A stretch of 64,000 nt of DNA from Candidatus Margulisiibacteriota bacterium (GTDB taxonomy: Bacteria > Margulisbacteria > WOR-1 > O2-12-FULL-45-9 > XYB2-FULL-48-7). A program made the position numbers and the translations under genes. Positions within the stretch are counted from its first letter, which is position 1, and every line of letters starts with the position of its first letter. The stretch spans positions 159,360 to 223,359 of the forward strand of contig JBAZTH010000001.1 of assembly GCA_041661965.1 (NCBI GenBank). Direction: 5' to 3'. The notes beneath the pieces are model-generated. The model was not told the origin of the DNA. It saw nothing but the letters and a program-made list of their open reading frames with translations, and did not search any database. Positions 35,148-42,813 of the stretch are shown in pieces.

Positions 35148-35905
35148 TGGACTTTATTAAATTCCTTGGGACCGCCGGTGCCAGGGTCGTGGTTTCCAAA
35201 CAGCTGCGGGCCTCTGGGGGGATCTGGCTGTCGCTTGACGGGACGAACCTCTACCTCGATCCGGGACCGGGAGCTTTGGTTAAAACCCTGGGGGCCCGGC
35301 CGAAGCTTGATCCGGCCAACCTGGATGGGATCTTACTTTCGCACAAACATCTCGACCATTCCGGCGACATTAATGCCATGATCGAAGCGATGACTGAAGG
35401 GACCTTTAAAAAGCGGGGGGCGGTCTTTGCCCCAAAAGAGGCGCTGGTTGGCGATCCGGTGATCTTAAAATATGTCCGCCAATACCCGGAGCGGCTGGAG
35501 ATCCTCAAAGCTAAAGGAAAATATAATGTAGGAGCGTTGACCTTTACCACCCCGGTCCAGCACGTACATCATAATACGGAGGCCTATGGCTTCAAAATCA
35601 AAGGGGAGAAGACGACCGTTTCTTATATTGCCGATACCAAGTTTTTCCCCGGATTGATCAGGGCTTATCGGGCGAGCGATATCCTGGTCGTGAGCGTGCT
35701 ACGCCAGGAGCCGTCCCACTTGGAGCACCTTTGCGTTGAGGACCTGAAGAAGTTGGTGCAGGGGATCAAGCCCCGGGTGACGATCATGACCCATTTTGGC
35801 AAGCTCATGCTGGCGGCCAAGCCGTGGCTGGTTGCCGAACAACTAAGCCGGGAGCTGAAAAGTAAAATTATTGCCGCCGGTGATGGTATGACTTATAAAA
35901 TTTGA
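35147..35905 (+). CDS. MBL-fold metallo-hydrolase
   Basis: Contains the SHKHLDHSGD motif. The start overlaps the ATPase stop. Confidence 0.8.
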   Translation: MDFIKFLGTAGARVVVSKQLRASGGIWLSLDGTNLYLDPGPGALVKTLGARPKLDPANLDGILLSHKHLDHSGDINAMIEAMTEGTFKKRGAVFAPKEALVGDPVILKYVRQYPERLEILKAKGKYNVGALTFTTPVQHVHHNTEAYGFKIKGEKTTVSYIADTKFFPGLIRAYRASDILVVSVLRQEPSHLEHLCVEDLKKLVQGIKPRVTIMTHFGKLMLAAKPWLVAEQLSRELKSKIIAAGDGMTYKI

Positions 35906-35939
35906 TTTAACCGCCCCGATCCGATCGGGGCGGTTAAAT
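35905..35939. terminator. GC-rich hairpin directly after the MBL hydrolase stop codon
   Basis: ATTTAACCGCCCCG-loop-CGGGGCGGTTAAAT. There is no clean T-tract, so terminator function is uncertain. Confidence 0.5.
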
Positions 35940-35963
35940 ATTGGGACTGCTGAAAAAGCCCTT

Positions 35964-36000
35964 TTTGGAAGCCGTAGACAATATCGTCTCGGCTTCCAAA
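35964..36000 (-). repeat. Bulged-hairpin repeat, inverted orientation, compensatory stem variant
   Basis: TTTGGAAGCCG-T-AGAC-AATATC-GTCT-CGGCTTCCAAA. Its reverse complement has the same GATATT loop and bulged A as the 39-mer. Confidence 0.75.
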
Positions 36001-36021
36001 AGAGTATCTTGTTTAGAAGAG

Positions 36022-36060
36022 AAAAGGAAACCGCGGCGATATTGCCGCAGGTTTCCTTTT
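36022..36060 (+). repeat. Bulged-hairpin repeat, exact copy of 24418-24456
   Basis: It is an exact 39-nt match. Confidence 0.85.
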
Positions 36061-36073
36061 TGCCATGGTTTGA

Positions 36074-36098
36074 AACCCGCGGAATTAATTCCGCGGTT
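36074..36098 (-). repeat. Degenerate member of hairpin family
   Basis: AACC-C-GCGGAATTAATTCCGC-GGTT is a palindrome with a single bulge at the AACC/GCG junction. Confidence 0.55.
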
Positions 36099-36144
36099 AA
36101 AAATGCTTGCTAGCCATTGCTTTTATATGTTATATTTACAACCG

Positions 36145-37479
36145 ATGTCTAAAAATATTAATCAATTACGTATTTTGTTGATCCTGGGAATTATTGCCGC
36201 TTCCGTTTACGTGTTGATCCAATTCCCGCTCAATCTCGGTCTCGACTTACAGGGCGGTACCCGCCTGGTTTACGAAGGGCAGGAGACCGAAAAGGTCAAA
36301 GTCAGCGATGATTCCATGGCCGGCGTGGTCGCGGTCATCCGTAACCGGATCGACGGGCTGGGGGTCTCTGAACCGACTATCCAGCGCAAGGGACAATCCC
36401 AGGTTATCGTTGAACTTCCCGGCATCAAAGACCCGGAAAGGGCGATTGCCTTGATCGGTGATACGGCGATGCTGGAATTTGTGGAGGCTGAATGGCTTCC
36501 GGGCGATGCCCGCGGCGCTTCACCGGAAAAAGTCAAAGAATTTTACGGCGCCGAGGCCAGGATCGGGACCGTTAAAGAGGAACAAGATGGGCGGGTCGTC
36601 AGCGAAAAGCCGATCGTCCTGAAAAAAACCGTTTTGACCGGGGCCGACCTGAAAGGGGCTTTCCCCGGATTTGACCAATACGGCAACCCGGTCGTTGATA
36701 TCGAGTTTAACGATAACGGCGCCAAGCTTTTTGCCGAAGTGACCGCCCGATCGGTCAACAAGCCGATCGCCATTATCCTTGACCGGAAAGTTATTTCCGC
36801 TCCGAACGTCAGGGAGCCGATTCCCTCCGGTCGCGCCCAGATCTCCGGGAATTTCAAAGCGGAAGATGTCCGCGACCTGGTCATTAAACTGAAAGCCGGC
36901 TCCCTGCCGATTCCGGTCAAAATGGTGGAGACCAGGATCGTCGGTCCATCGCTCGGTAAAGATTCGATCGATCGGAGCAAGATCGCCGGGGTGCTTGGAT
37001 TTTTGTTCATCGTCGCTTTTATGGTCATTTATTACCGGCTTCCCGGTTTTATCTCGGTCCTATCTCTGGCGATCTACGTTCCTTTGACCCTGTCGATCCT
37101 GGCCGCTTTTCATACGACCTTAACTCTCCCCGGTATTGCCGGGTTCCTGCTGACCCTTGGTATGGCGGTTGACGCCAACGTTATTATTTATGAAAGATTA
37201 AAAGAGGAACTACGGCTTGGCAAAACGGTTAAAGCCTCTTTTGCCGCCGCTTTTGACCGGGCCTTTGCCGCCATCCTTGATTCCAACGTCACGACCATCA
37301 TCGGGGCGGTTACCCTGTTCTTTGTCGGGACCGGGACGATCCGCGGGTTTGCCATTACCCTGACGATTGGTATCTTAGTGTCGATGTTTACCGCTTTGAC
37401 CCTGACCCGCCTGATGCTCAATATGCTGGTTGACGCCAAGATCGTGACCGATCCCAATTCGAAATTGCTTTATAAGTAG
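36145..37479 (+). CDS. secD: Protein translocase subunit SecD
   Basis: Start chosen at MSKNINQLRILL. The ORF-track extension from 35941 reads through hairpin repeats and is rejected. LGLDLQGG and the C-terminal TM bundle are present. Confidence 0.92.
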   Translation: MSKNINQLRILLILGIIAASVYVLIQFPLNLGLDLQGGTRLVYEGQETEKVKVSDDSMAGVVAVIRNRIDGLGVSEPTIQRKGQSQVIVELPGIKDPERAIALIGDTAMLEFVEAEWLPGDARGASPEKVKEFYGAEARIGTVKEEQDGRVVSEKPIVLKKTVLTGADLKGAFPGFDQYGNPVVDIEFNDNGAKLFAEVTARSVNKPIAIILDRKVISAPNVREPIPSGRAQISGNFKAEDVRDLVIKLKAGSLPIPVKMVETRIVGPSLGKDSIDRSKIAGVLGFLFIVAFMVIYYRLPGFISVLSLAIYVPLTLSILAAFHTTLTLPGIAGFLLTLGMAVDANVIIYERLKEELRLGKTVKASFAAAFDRAFAAILDSNVTTIIGAVTLFFVGTGTIRGFAITLTIGILVSMFTALTLTRLMLNMLVDAKIVTDPNSKLLYK

Positions 37480-37485
37480 GAAATT

Positions 37486-38364
37486 ATGTTTGATATTATC
37501 AAAAAATCGAGAATGTTTCTGACCGTTTCAGCAATCGTGACTGCGCTGGCTCTTGCTGTTTTGCTTTTTAATTTCATGGTCCATGGCAAGCCGATGAACT
37601 TTGGGATTGATTTTACCGGCGGGACGATGCTTAACCTCCGCTTTGCCAAGGCGGTATCGGTCGGGGAGGTCCGCCAGGTTCTTGATGGTTATGGTTTGGG
37701 TGAGAGCACTATTCAAAAATCCGGCGACCAGGATATCCTGATCCGGACCAAGCCGCTTGATAACGATGTCCGGACCAGATTGCTGGCCGACTTTAATACC
37801 AAGATCAGCCAGACGGAGATCCTGGAAGCGGATGTTATCGGCCCGACGATCGGGAAGGAACTGGGACAGCAAGCGATCTGGGCTTTGCTCCTGGCCTCGC
37901 TTGGCATTATCATCTACGTTTCCTTCCGGTTTGAGGTTAAATACGCCTTGGCGGCGCTTTTAGCCCTTTATCATGATGCGATCATTACGACCGGGATCAT
38001 TGCCTTGCTCTGGCGCCAGATTGATATTACCTTCGTGGCGGCGCTTCTGACGATCATGGGTTATTCGATCAACGATACGATCGTGATTTTCGATCGAATT
38101 CGGGAGAACTTGAAAAAGACCAGCCTGGCCAAGAAAAAATTCAATGAGATCGTTAATCTTTCGATCTGGGAGACGATGTCCCGGTCGATTAATACCGTCA
38201 TGACCGTTCTCTTTATGGTCCTCTGTCTCTTGATCTTTGGCGGTGAACCATTGCGCGAGTTCTCACTGACCCTCTTGATCGGATTTACCCTCGGGGCGTA
38301 TTCTTCCGTCTTCGTCGCTCCAACGCTCCTGGCCCTCTGGCACCATAACGAATCAAAAAAGTAA
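37486..38364 (+). CDS. secF: Protein translocase subunit SecF
   Basis: Contains GIDFTGGT and a six-TM C-terminal region. Confidence 0.92.
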   Translation: MFDIIKKSRMFLTVSAIVTALALAVLLFNFMVHGKPMNFGIDFTGGTMLNLRFAKAVSVGEVRQVLDGYGLGESTIQKSGDQDILIRTKPLDNDVRTRLLADFNTKISQTEILEADVIGPTIGKELGQQAIWALLLASLGIIIYVSFRFEVKYALAALLALYHDAIITTGIIALLWRQIDITFVAALLTIMGYSINDTIVIFDRIRENLKKTSLAKKKFNEIVNLSIWETMSRSINTVMTVLFMVLCLLIFGGEPLREFSLTLLIGFTLGAYSSVFVAPTLLALWHHNESKK

Positions 38365-38437
38365 ACTATCAGGGATTGTTAAAAAGTCTATTTTGTTGAA
38401 ATTTCCCCATAAATATGCCGATAAATCTTTGCGAGTC

Positions 38438-38467
38438 GGAAACCTGCGACTAAACGTCGCGGTTTCC
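38438..38467 (-). repeat. Bulged-hairpin repeat, exact copy of 9090-9119
   Basis: It is an exact 30-nt match. Confidence 0.85.
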
Positions 38468-38483
38468 TCCAGACCTTGTTTTT

Positions 38484-38517
38484 CAAGGAACCGCGAAGTT
38501 CATTCGCAGGTTCCTTG
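38484..38517 (+). repeat. Bulged-hairpin repeat variant forming an inverted doublet with 38438-38467
   Basis: CAAGGAACC-GCGAA-GTTCA-TTCGC-A-GGTTCCTTG. Confidence 0.8.
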
Positions 38518-38530
38518 AAAAGATTAGTAT

Positions 38531-39001
38531 ATGCTAAACAACATCAAAGAACGGATCGTTATTAACCAAGAGATCGACCTGCCGAACCCGATCCTTAATG
38601 GGGTTTGGCCGGGGGGGCATTTATTCGCGATTATTGCCCATCTTAAGGCGGGGAAGTTATCGCTGGATAAATTGATGCGGTCTTCCAATAAAGGCTTGAT
38701 CGGGATCGCGATTGCCGGAAGCGGAGAAACGGCCGCCCTCAAGCTGGCGCAGAAAGCCCGGGGGACGCCGGAGCGGCAGAAAGTCGGTCTCTGGCGGATT
38801 ATTGACGCGGTGACTTCCCAAGGAGAGCTGAAAACGACCTTGCACTACCGGCGGGAAGTTGAATTTTTGGAAGAGTTGGGGGAGAGATTGCCGGAACACG
38901 CGCCGCTTTTTAATCAAATGATCGCTCATCTCCCCCCGGAAACCAAAGTTTACAATCATGGAGTCGTCGTCAAAGAGCTCTTCATAACCTACGCCGCATA
39001 A
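38531..39001 (+). CDS. Hypothetical protein, 156 aa
   Basis: ORF only. No recognisable motif. Confidence 0.45.
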   Translation: MLNNIKERIVINQEIDLPNPILNGVWPGGHLFAIIAHLKAGKLSLDKLMRSSNKGLIGIAIAGSGETAALKLAQKARGTPERQKVGLWRIIDAVTSQGELKTTLHYRREVEFLEELGERLPEHAPLFNQMIAHLPPETKVYNHGVVVKELFITYAA

Positions 39002-39093
39002 TCTTTATTGATCCGACCCCGCTGGAGCCTTATTTTTCGGGAAAAAATTCACGGTTGCCTCCCCATCGGCCTTCAGGTATAATCAACCCGCCT

Positions 39094-39669
39094 GTGAAAA
39101 AGAAAAAAGCAAAAAAAACCGCTTCACGTTTCGATTGGCAATGGGTTTGGTGGGGAACGGCTTTTGTTCTTTTTATCGCGGTAGTCTTGCTTGGTTTTTG
39201 GTCCCTCGGTGTGGCGACGAAAAAACCGGCTGAACCGCCGGTATTGGTAGGCCGCCCAAGCCAGGTTACGGGGCAGGTCGTTAAGTTGTATTACTATAAC
39301 GAACAGGCGGCCAGACGGCTGGGCCAAGACGGCGAGGGAAACCCGGCCGCTCTTTTACCGGTGGAGAGGGTAATTCCCGAAACCAAGGCGCCGCTTAAGG
39401 CAACGATCAGGCTGTTGATCGCAGGAGAACTGACGGCGGAGGAAAAGGCGGCCGGCTTCACGACTGAATTCCCTCATCCTGCTTTCAAATTGATCAGGGC
39501 CGACTTGGACCGGGGTGTTTTGACCCTGGTCTTTACCGATGTTCCCGGTTTTACGACCGGCGGGGCGTTGCGGGTGGAATTACTGGCGGCCCAGATCGAA
39601 AAGACCGCCAAACAATTTTCCGGGGTCAAGCAGGTTCGGTTCCTCCCCGAGTCTTTGTTTCAACCTTGA
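39094..39669 (+). CDS. GerMN-domain membrane-anchored protein
   Basis: A Lys-rich N-terminus, one TM segment, then a GerMN-like region (VKLYYYN ... LLIAGELT ... VRFL). I prefer the GTG at 39094 because TATAAT at 39078-39083 lies inside the longer TTG-39055 ORF. Confidence 0.6.
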   Translation: MKKKKAKKTASRFDWQWVWWGTAFVLFIAVVLLGFWSLGVATKKPAEPPVLVGRPSQVTGQVVKLYYYNEQAARRLGQDGEGNPAALLPVERVIPETKAPLKATIRLLIAGELTAEEKAAGFTTEFPHPAFKLIRADLDRGVLTLVFTDVPGFTTGGALRVELLAAQIEKTAKQFSGVKQVRFLPESLFQP

Positions 39670-39751
39670 TCGCCTAGACTGCCTTAGAGCAGCGGAGGCG
39701 CTTCTCAATTTCCCCAAATTGTAGTAAAATAATGGCACACGGGAGGGAGTC

Positions 39752-40327
39752 ATGAAAAGCTTAAAAGGGACCAAGACCGAAAAAAACTTATTGACCGCTT
39801 TTGCCGGCGAATCGCAGGCGCGGAACCGATATACTTATTTCGCTTCACAGGCGATCAAAGAAAATTACCAGCAGATCGCGGCAATATTTTTGGAAACCGC
39901 CGATAACGAAAAAGAACACGCCAAGCGGTTTTTTAAATTTCTGGAAGGTGGCGACCTTGAAATTGTCGCCAGCTATCCGGCCGGTGTGATTGGCGATACC
40001 GCCAAGAATTTGGAAGAAGCGGCCAACGGCGAAAAAATGGAGTGGACCAAGCTCTACGCCGATGCCTCCAGGATCGCCAAGGAAGAAGGCTTTGCCGCGA
40101 TTGCCGCCGTTTTCAAAGAGATCGCCGAGGTCGAGGAACAGCACGAGAAACGGTACCGGGCGTTGCTAAAAAACATTAGAGAAGGCAAGGTTTTCAAGAA
40201 AGACGTTGTGGTCAAATGGCACTGCCGGAACTGCGGTTATGTCCATGAAGGGAAAGAAGCTCCCGATGTCTGCCCGGCTTGCGCCCATCCCAAGGCTTAT
40301 TATGAACTTCTAGGGGAGAATTATTAA
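39752..40327 (+). CDS. rbr: Rubrerythrin
   Basis: A ferritin-like diiron domain plus a C-terminal rubredoxin, CRNCGY...CPACAHPK. The GGGAGGGAG SD lies upstream. Confidence 0.93.
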   Translation: MKSLKGTKTEKNLLTAFAGESQARNRYTYFASQAIKENYQQIAAIFLETADNEKEHAKRFFKFLEGGDLEIVASYPAGVIGDTAKNLEEAANGEKMEWTKLYADASRIAKEEGFAAIAAVFKEIAEVEEQHEKRYRALLKNIREGKVFKKDVVVKWHCRNCGYVHEGKEAPDVCPACAHPKAYYELLGENY

Positions 40328-40773
40328 TGACAAAACATTTACAGCCCATCTTAATTGCCCTGAAAGCGGAGAAAAAAGCGATCGAATATTATTCCCGGGC
40401 GGCGCGACGGGTGACCAACCAGGAAGGGAAGACCGCTCTTAACAAGATCAAAGCCCAGGAAGAAAAGCACTATCGCGAACTGCTTCGGAAATTTAAGCAT
40501 TTGAGCGGACATGAGGCGACCGCCGCCGAGATCGACGGGGTCGACGTTACTTTTTCCGCTTTGACCGAAGAGCATATCCCGGACCGTGAAGCCAGCGATT
40601 TGGAAGTCTGTCAGGTTGCCCTGAAAGACGAGAAAGAAGCGCACGCTTTTTACCTGAAGTCGGCCGCCAGCGCGACCGACGAGGAGACCAAGAAGATGTT
40701 CCATGAGCTGGCGAGCGAAGAAAGCCAGCACGCCGAGACCGTGAACCATATTTGTAAGATCCTTTCAGCGTAG
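40327..40773 (+). CDS. Ferritin-like / rubrerythrin-family diiron protein
   Basis: 148 aa with repeated E..H-type helices (EEKHYRE, ESQHAE). The start overlaps the rbr stop. Confidence 0.7.
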   Translation: MTKHLQPILIALKAEKKAIEYYSRAARRVTNQEGKTALNKIKAQEEKHYRELLRKFKHLSGHEATAAEIDGVDVTFSALTEEHIPDREASDLEVCQVALKDEKEAHAFYLKSAASATDEETKKMFHELASEESQHAETVNHICKILSA

Positions 40774-41035
40774 TCCTTCCGCGTCGCGCCTCCTGCGTTT
40801 CCGCATAATTAATTGTGTGGTTAAAATATGCCTAAAATATAGGCAATGGCTTATTTTACGCCTTAAATAAGCCAAAAATCAAGATAATGCCCCTAAAATG
40901 GCAAAATTCGATGCAATTTTACCCCCTCCCTTGACGATAAGTATATGATGGACAACAACGTCGGTTCCAACGTTTAATCTGCTGCCGATCCACGGCTTTC
41001 ATTCCGTTTGTATTCCCAAACAACAGGAGAAAAAA

Positions 41036-41485
41036 ATGAATATATTGAATAAAATTGGTGAATGTTTAAAAAACAATGAAAGAACGGTTAAAATTGTTGC
41101 TTTATTGTTGGTTATTGTCTCATTTACGATCCTTAAATCGTCAGGTAAAGAGAGTAATATGTACGCGATGGTCTTTTCCCATAAATATCATGTATTTTAT
41201 GGTGGGTCGGCGACTTCGACCGCTTATAACTCAATACCCAACCAGACCGATAGCACCCCCTGGACCACCGCCATGGGGACTAAATGCCGGGAAGGGGTGG
41301 TTGCTTCGAATTTCCTCCCCCTTGGGACCAAGGTCATGATCAAAGGGTTTGGGAACCAGATTTTTGTGGTTGAGGACCGGATGCATAAACGGTTTAGCGA
41401 TCGGATCGACGTCTGGTTCCGGAGTTACGGTGACGCGGTTAAGTACGGAAAAAGAGACGTTGAATTTTATATCGTGAAGTCGTAA
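41036..41485 (+). CDS. 3D-domain (RlpA/MltA-like double-psi barrel) protein
   Basis: An N-terminal TM/signal segment, then YNSIPNQTDSTPWTTAMG ... VVASNFLPLGTKV ... VEDRM ... IDVWF. Confidence 0.7.
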   Translation: MNILNKIGECLKNNERTVKIVALLLVIVSFTILKSSGKESNMYAMVFSHKYHVFYGGSATSTAYNSIPNQTDSTPWTTAMGTKCREGVVASNFLPLGTKVMIKGFGNQIFVVEDRMHKRFSDRIDVWFRSYGDAVKYGKRDVEFYIVKS

Positions 41486-41491
41486 TCAGTT

Positions 41492-41522
41492 GCCCTCCGG
41501 GATGACCGGAGGGCTTTTTTTT
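41492..41522 (+). terminator. Rho-independent terminator after the 3D-domain gene
   Basis: GCCCTCCGG-GATGA-CCGGAGGGC followed by T8. Confidence 0.85.
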
Positions 41523-41550
41523 GTCATTAAAATAGGGTATTATCCTCTTA

Positions 41551-42348
41551 ATGGAGCTAAAATTAGAACAATTAAGAAAAATACTCTCCGAAATGGGACG
41601 GGTTGTGGTTGCCTATTCTGGTGGAATTGACAGTTCTCTCCTCCTCAAAGAGGCACTCCAATTAGGGCCTGAAAATGTCCTCGCGGTGATAGCCGAATCG
41701 CCGACTTATCCCCTGGAAGAGCTGACCGCCGCGATTGTTTTGGCTGATCAAATTGGCGCGGAGTGCCGCCAGATCAAGACCGAAGAGTTCAGCGATGAAA
41801 ATTTTCTTTGTAATTCAAAAGAGCGCTGTTATTTTTGTAAAAAAGAATTATTTTCCAAACTGCGTCAATTGGCCATGGAAAAAGGATATGAACATGTCGT
41901 TGACGGGTCGAATTTTGATGACCTGGGAGACTTTCGGCCTGGGAGCCGGGCGAAAGGGGAGTTCGGGGTCCGCAGTCCTTTGCAAGAGGTGGGTTTGACC
42001 AAAGCGGAGATTCGCCAGCGGGCTAAACAGCTAGATTTGCCCAACTGGGACAAGCCATCTTTGGCTTGCCTATCATCGAGGATCCCTTATGGAACAAGGA
42101 TCACGCCGGAGATCATCGCGCAGATCGGCCGGGGAGAGCAATACTTAAAAGAAAAAGGTTTTGGCCAGGTCAGAGTGCGGCATCATGGTTCGATCGCCCG
42201 GATCGAGCTGGAACAGGAGGAGATCCCCAAGGTCATGGAAGAAGGGGTGATGCCGGAGATCACTAAATACTTTGAACAGCTCGGGTATTTCTACGTGACC
42301 CTCGACCTCAAAGGCTATCGGACCGGCAGTCTTAACGAAAACCTCTAA
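41551..42348 (+). CDS. larE: PP-loop ATP-dependent sulfur transferase, LarE family
   Basis: Contains the PP-loop YSGGIDSS and the conserved CLSSRIPYG cysteine. Confidence 0.8.
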   Translation: MELKLEQLRKILSEMGRVVVAYSGGIDSSLLLKEALQLGPENVLAVIAESPTYPLEELTAAIVLADQIGAECRQIKTEEFSDENFLCNSKERCYFCKKELFSKLRQLAMEKGYEHVVDGSNFDDLGDFRPGSRAKGEFGVRSPLQEVGLTKAEIRQRAKQLDLPNWDKPSLACLSSRIPYGTRITPEIIAQIGRGEQYLKEKGFGQVRVRHHGSIARIELEQEEIPKVMEEGVMPEITKYFEQLGYFYVTLDLKGYRTGSLNENL

Positions 42349-42366
42349 AATCAGCGACCTCGTATA

Positions 42367-42396
42367 CTTGACAAAATAAGTCAAGTAAGTTAGTAT
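42367..42396 (+). promoter_or_regulatory. iscR promoter with overlapping palindromic operator
   Basis: TTGACA-N17-TAGTAT-N6-ATG. The palindrome CTTGAC-N7-GTCAAG spans the -35 box. Confidence 0.6.
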
Positions 42397-42402
42397 TTTA
42401 TT

Positions 42403-42813
42403 ATGAAGCTTTCAACCAAGAGCCGCTATGCCGTAACCGCCTTGTTTGATCTGGCGACCAATGCCAATGGGGAGCCGATCCAGGCGAAAACTATTTCCAA
42501 GAGGCAGGGGATTGCCCTGAACTATCTTGAACAGTTACTGTTGAAATTAAAAAAAGCCGGTATAATTAAGACCGTCAGGGGACCGGCTGGCGGTCATTAT
42601 CTGGCTAAGGAACCGGCGAAGATCAGTGTTGGGGAAGTGATCCGGGCGACCGACGGTCCGATCAAACTGGCCAGCTGCGTTTCTTCCCGGGTCCACTGCA
42701 CTGGCGGAGGATGCTGCTCAACCCGTAACCTTTGGCATAATTTAAGCAAAAAAGTGGCATTGTTGTTTGACCAGACCACTCTGGCTGACCTTTGTCCAAA
42801 GGAGAAAAAATGA
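42403..42813 (+). CDS. iscR: Rrf2-family transcriptional regulator (IscR-like)
   Basis: N-terminus MKLSTKSRYAVTALFDLA, with C-terminal Cys residues. It lies directly upstream of nifS-iscU. Confidence 0.85.
   Translation: MKLSTKSRYAVTALFDLATNANGEPIQAKTISKRQGIALNYLEQLLLKLKKAGIIKTVRGPAGGHYLAKEPAKISVGEVIRATDGPIKLASCVSSRVHCTGGGCCSTRNLWHNLSKKVALLFDQTTLADLCPKEKK

Noticed and set aside
35941-36144. ORF-track N-terminal extension of secD. Analogous extensions were rejected at 25536 (cutA), 31618 (C39-like), 43732 (iscU), 52119 (rimI), 53876 (metH), 56387 (HlyD) and 17036 (zinc-ribbon gene).
   Set aside because: The extensions read through hairpin repeats, neighbouring genes or promoter boxes. In each case an internal start with a proper N-terminus, SD or -10 box fits better.
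40774-41035. A cyclic-di-AMP (ydaO-type) riboswitch upstream of the 3D-domain gene, and likewise upstream of the two ktrB genes (23163-23254 and 28057-28116).
   Set aside because: I could not find the conserved ydaO core segments by eye. The ktr upstream regions (92 and 60 nt) are too short for that riboswitch. An Infernal scan is still worthwhile for 40774-41035.
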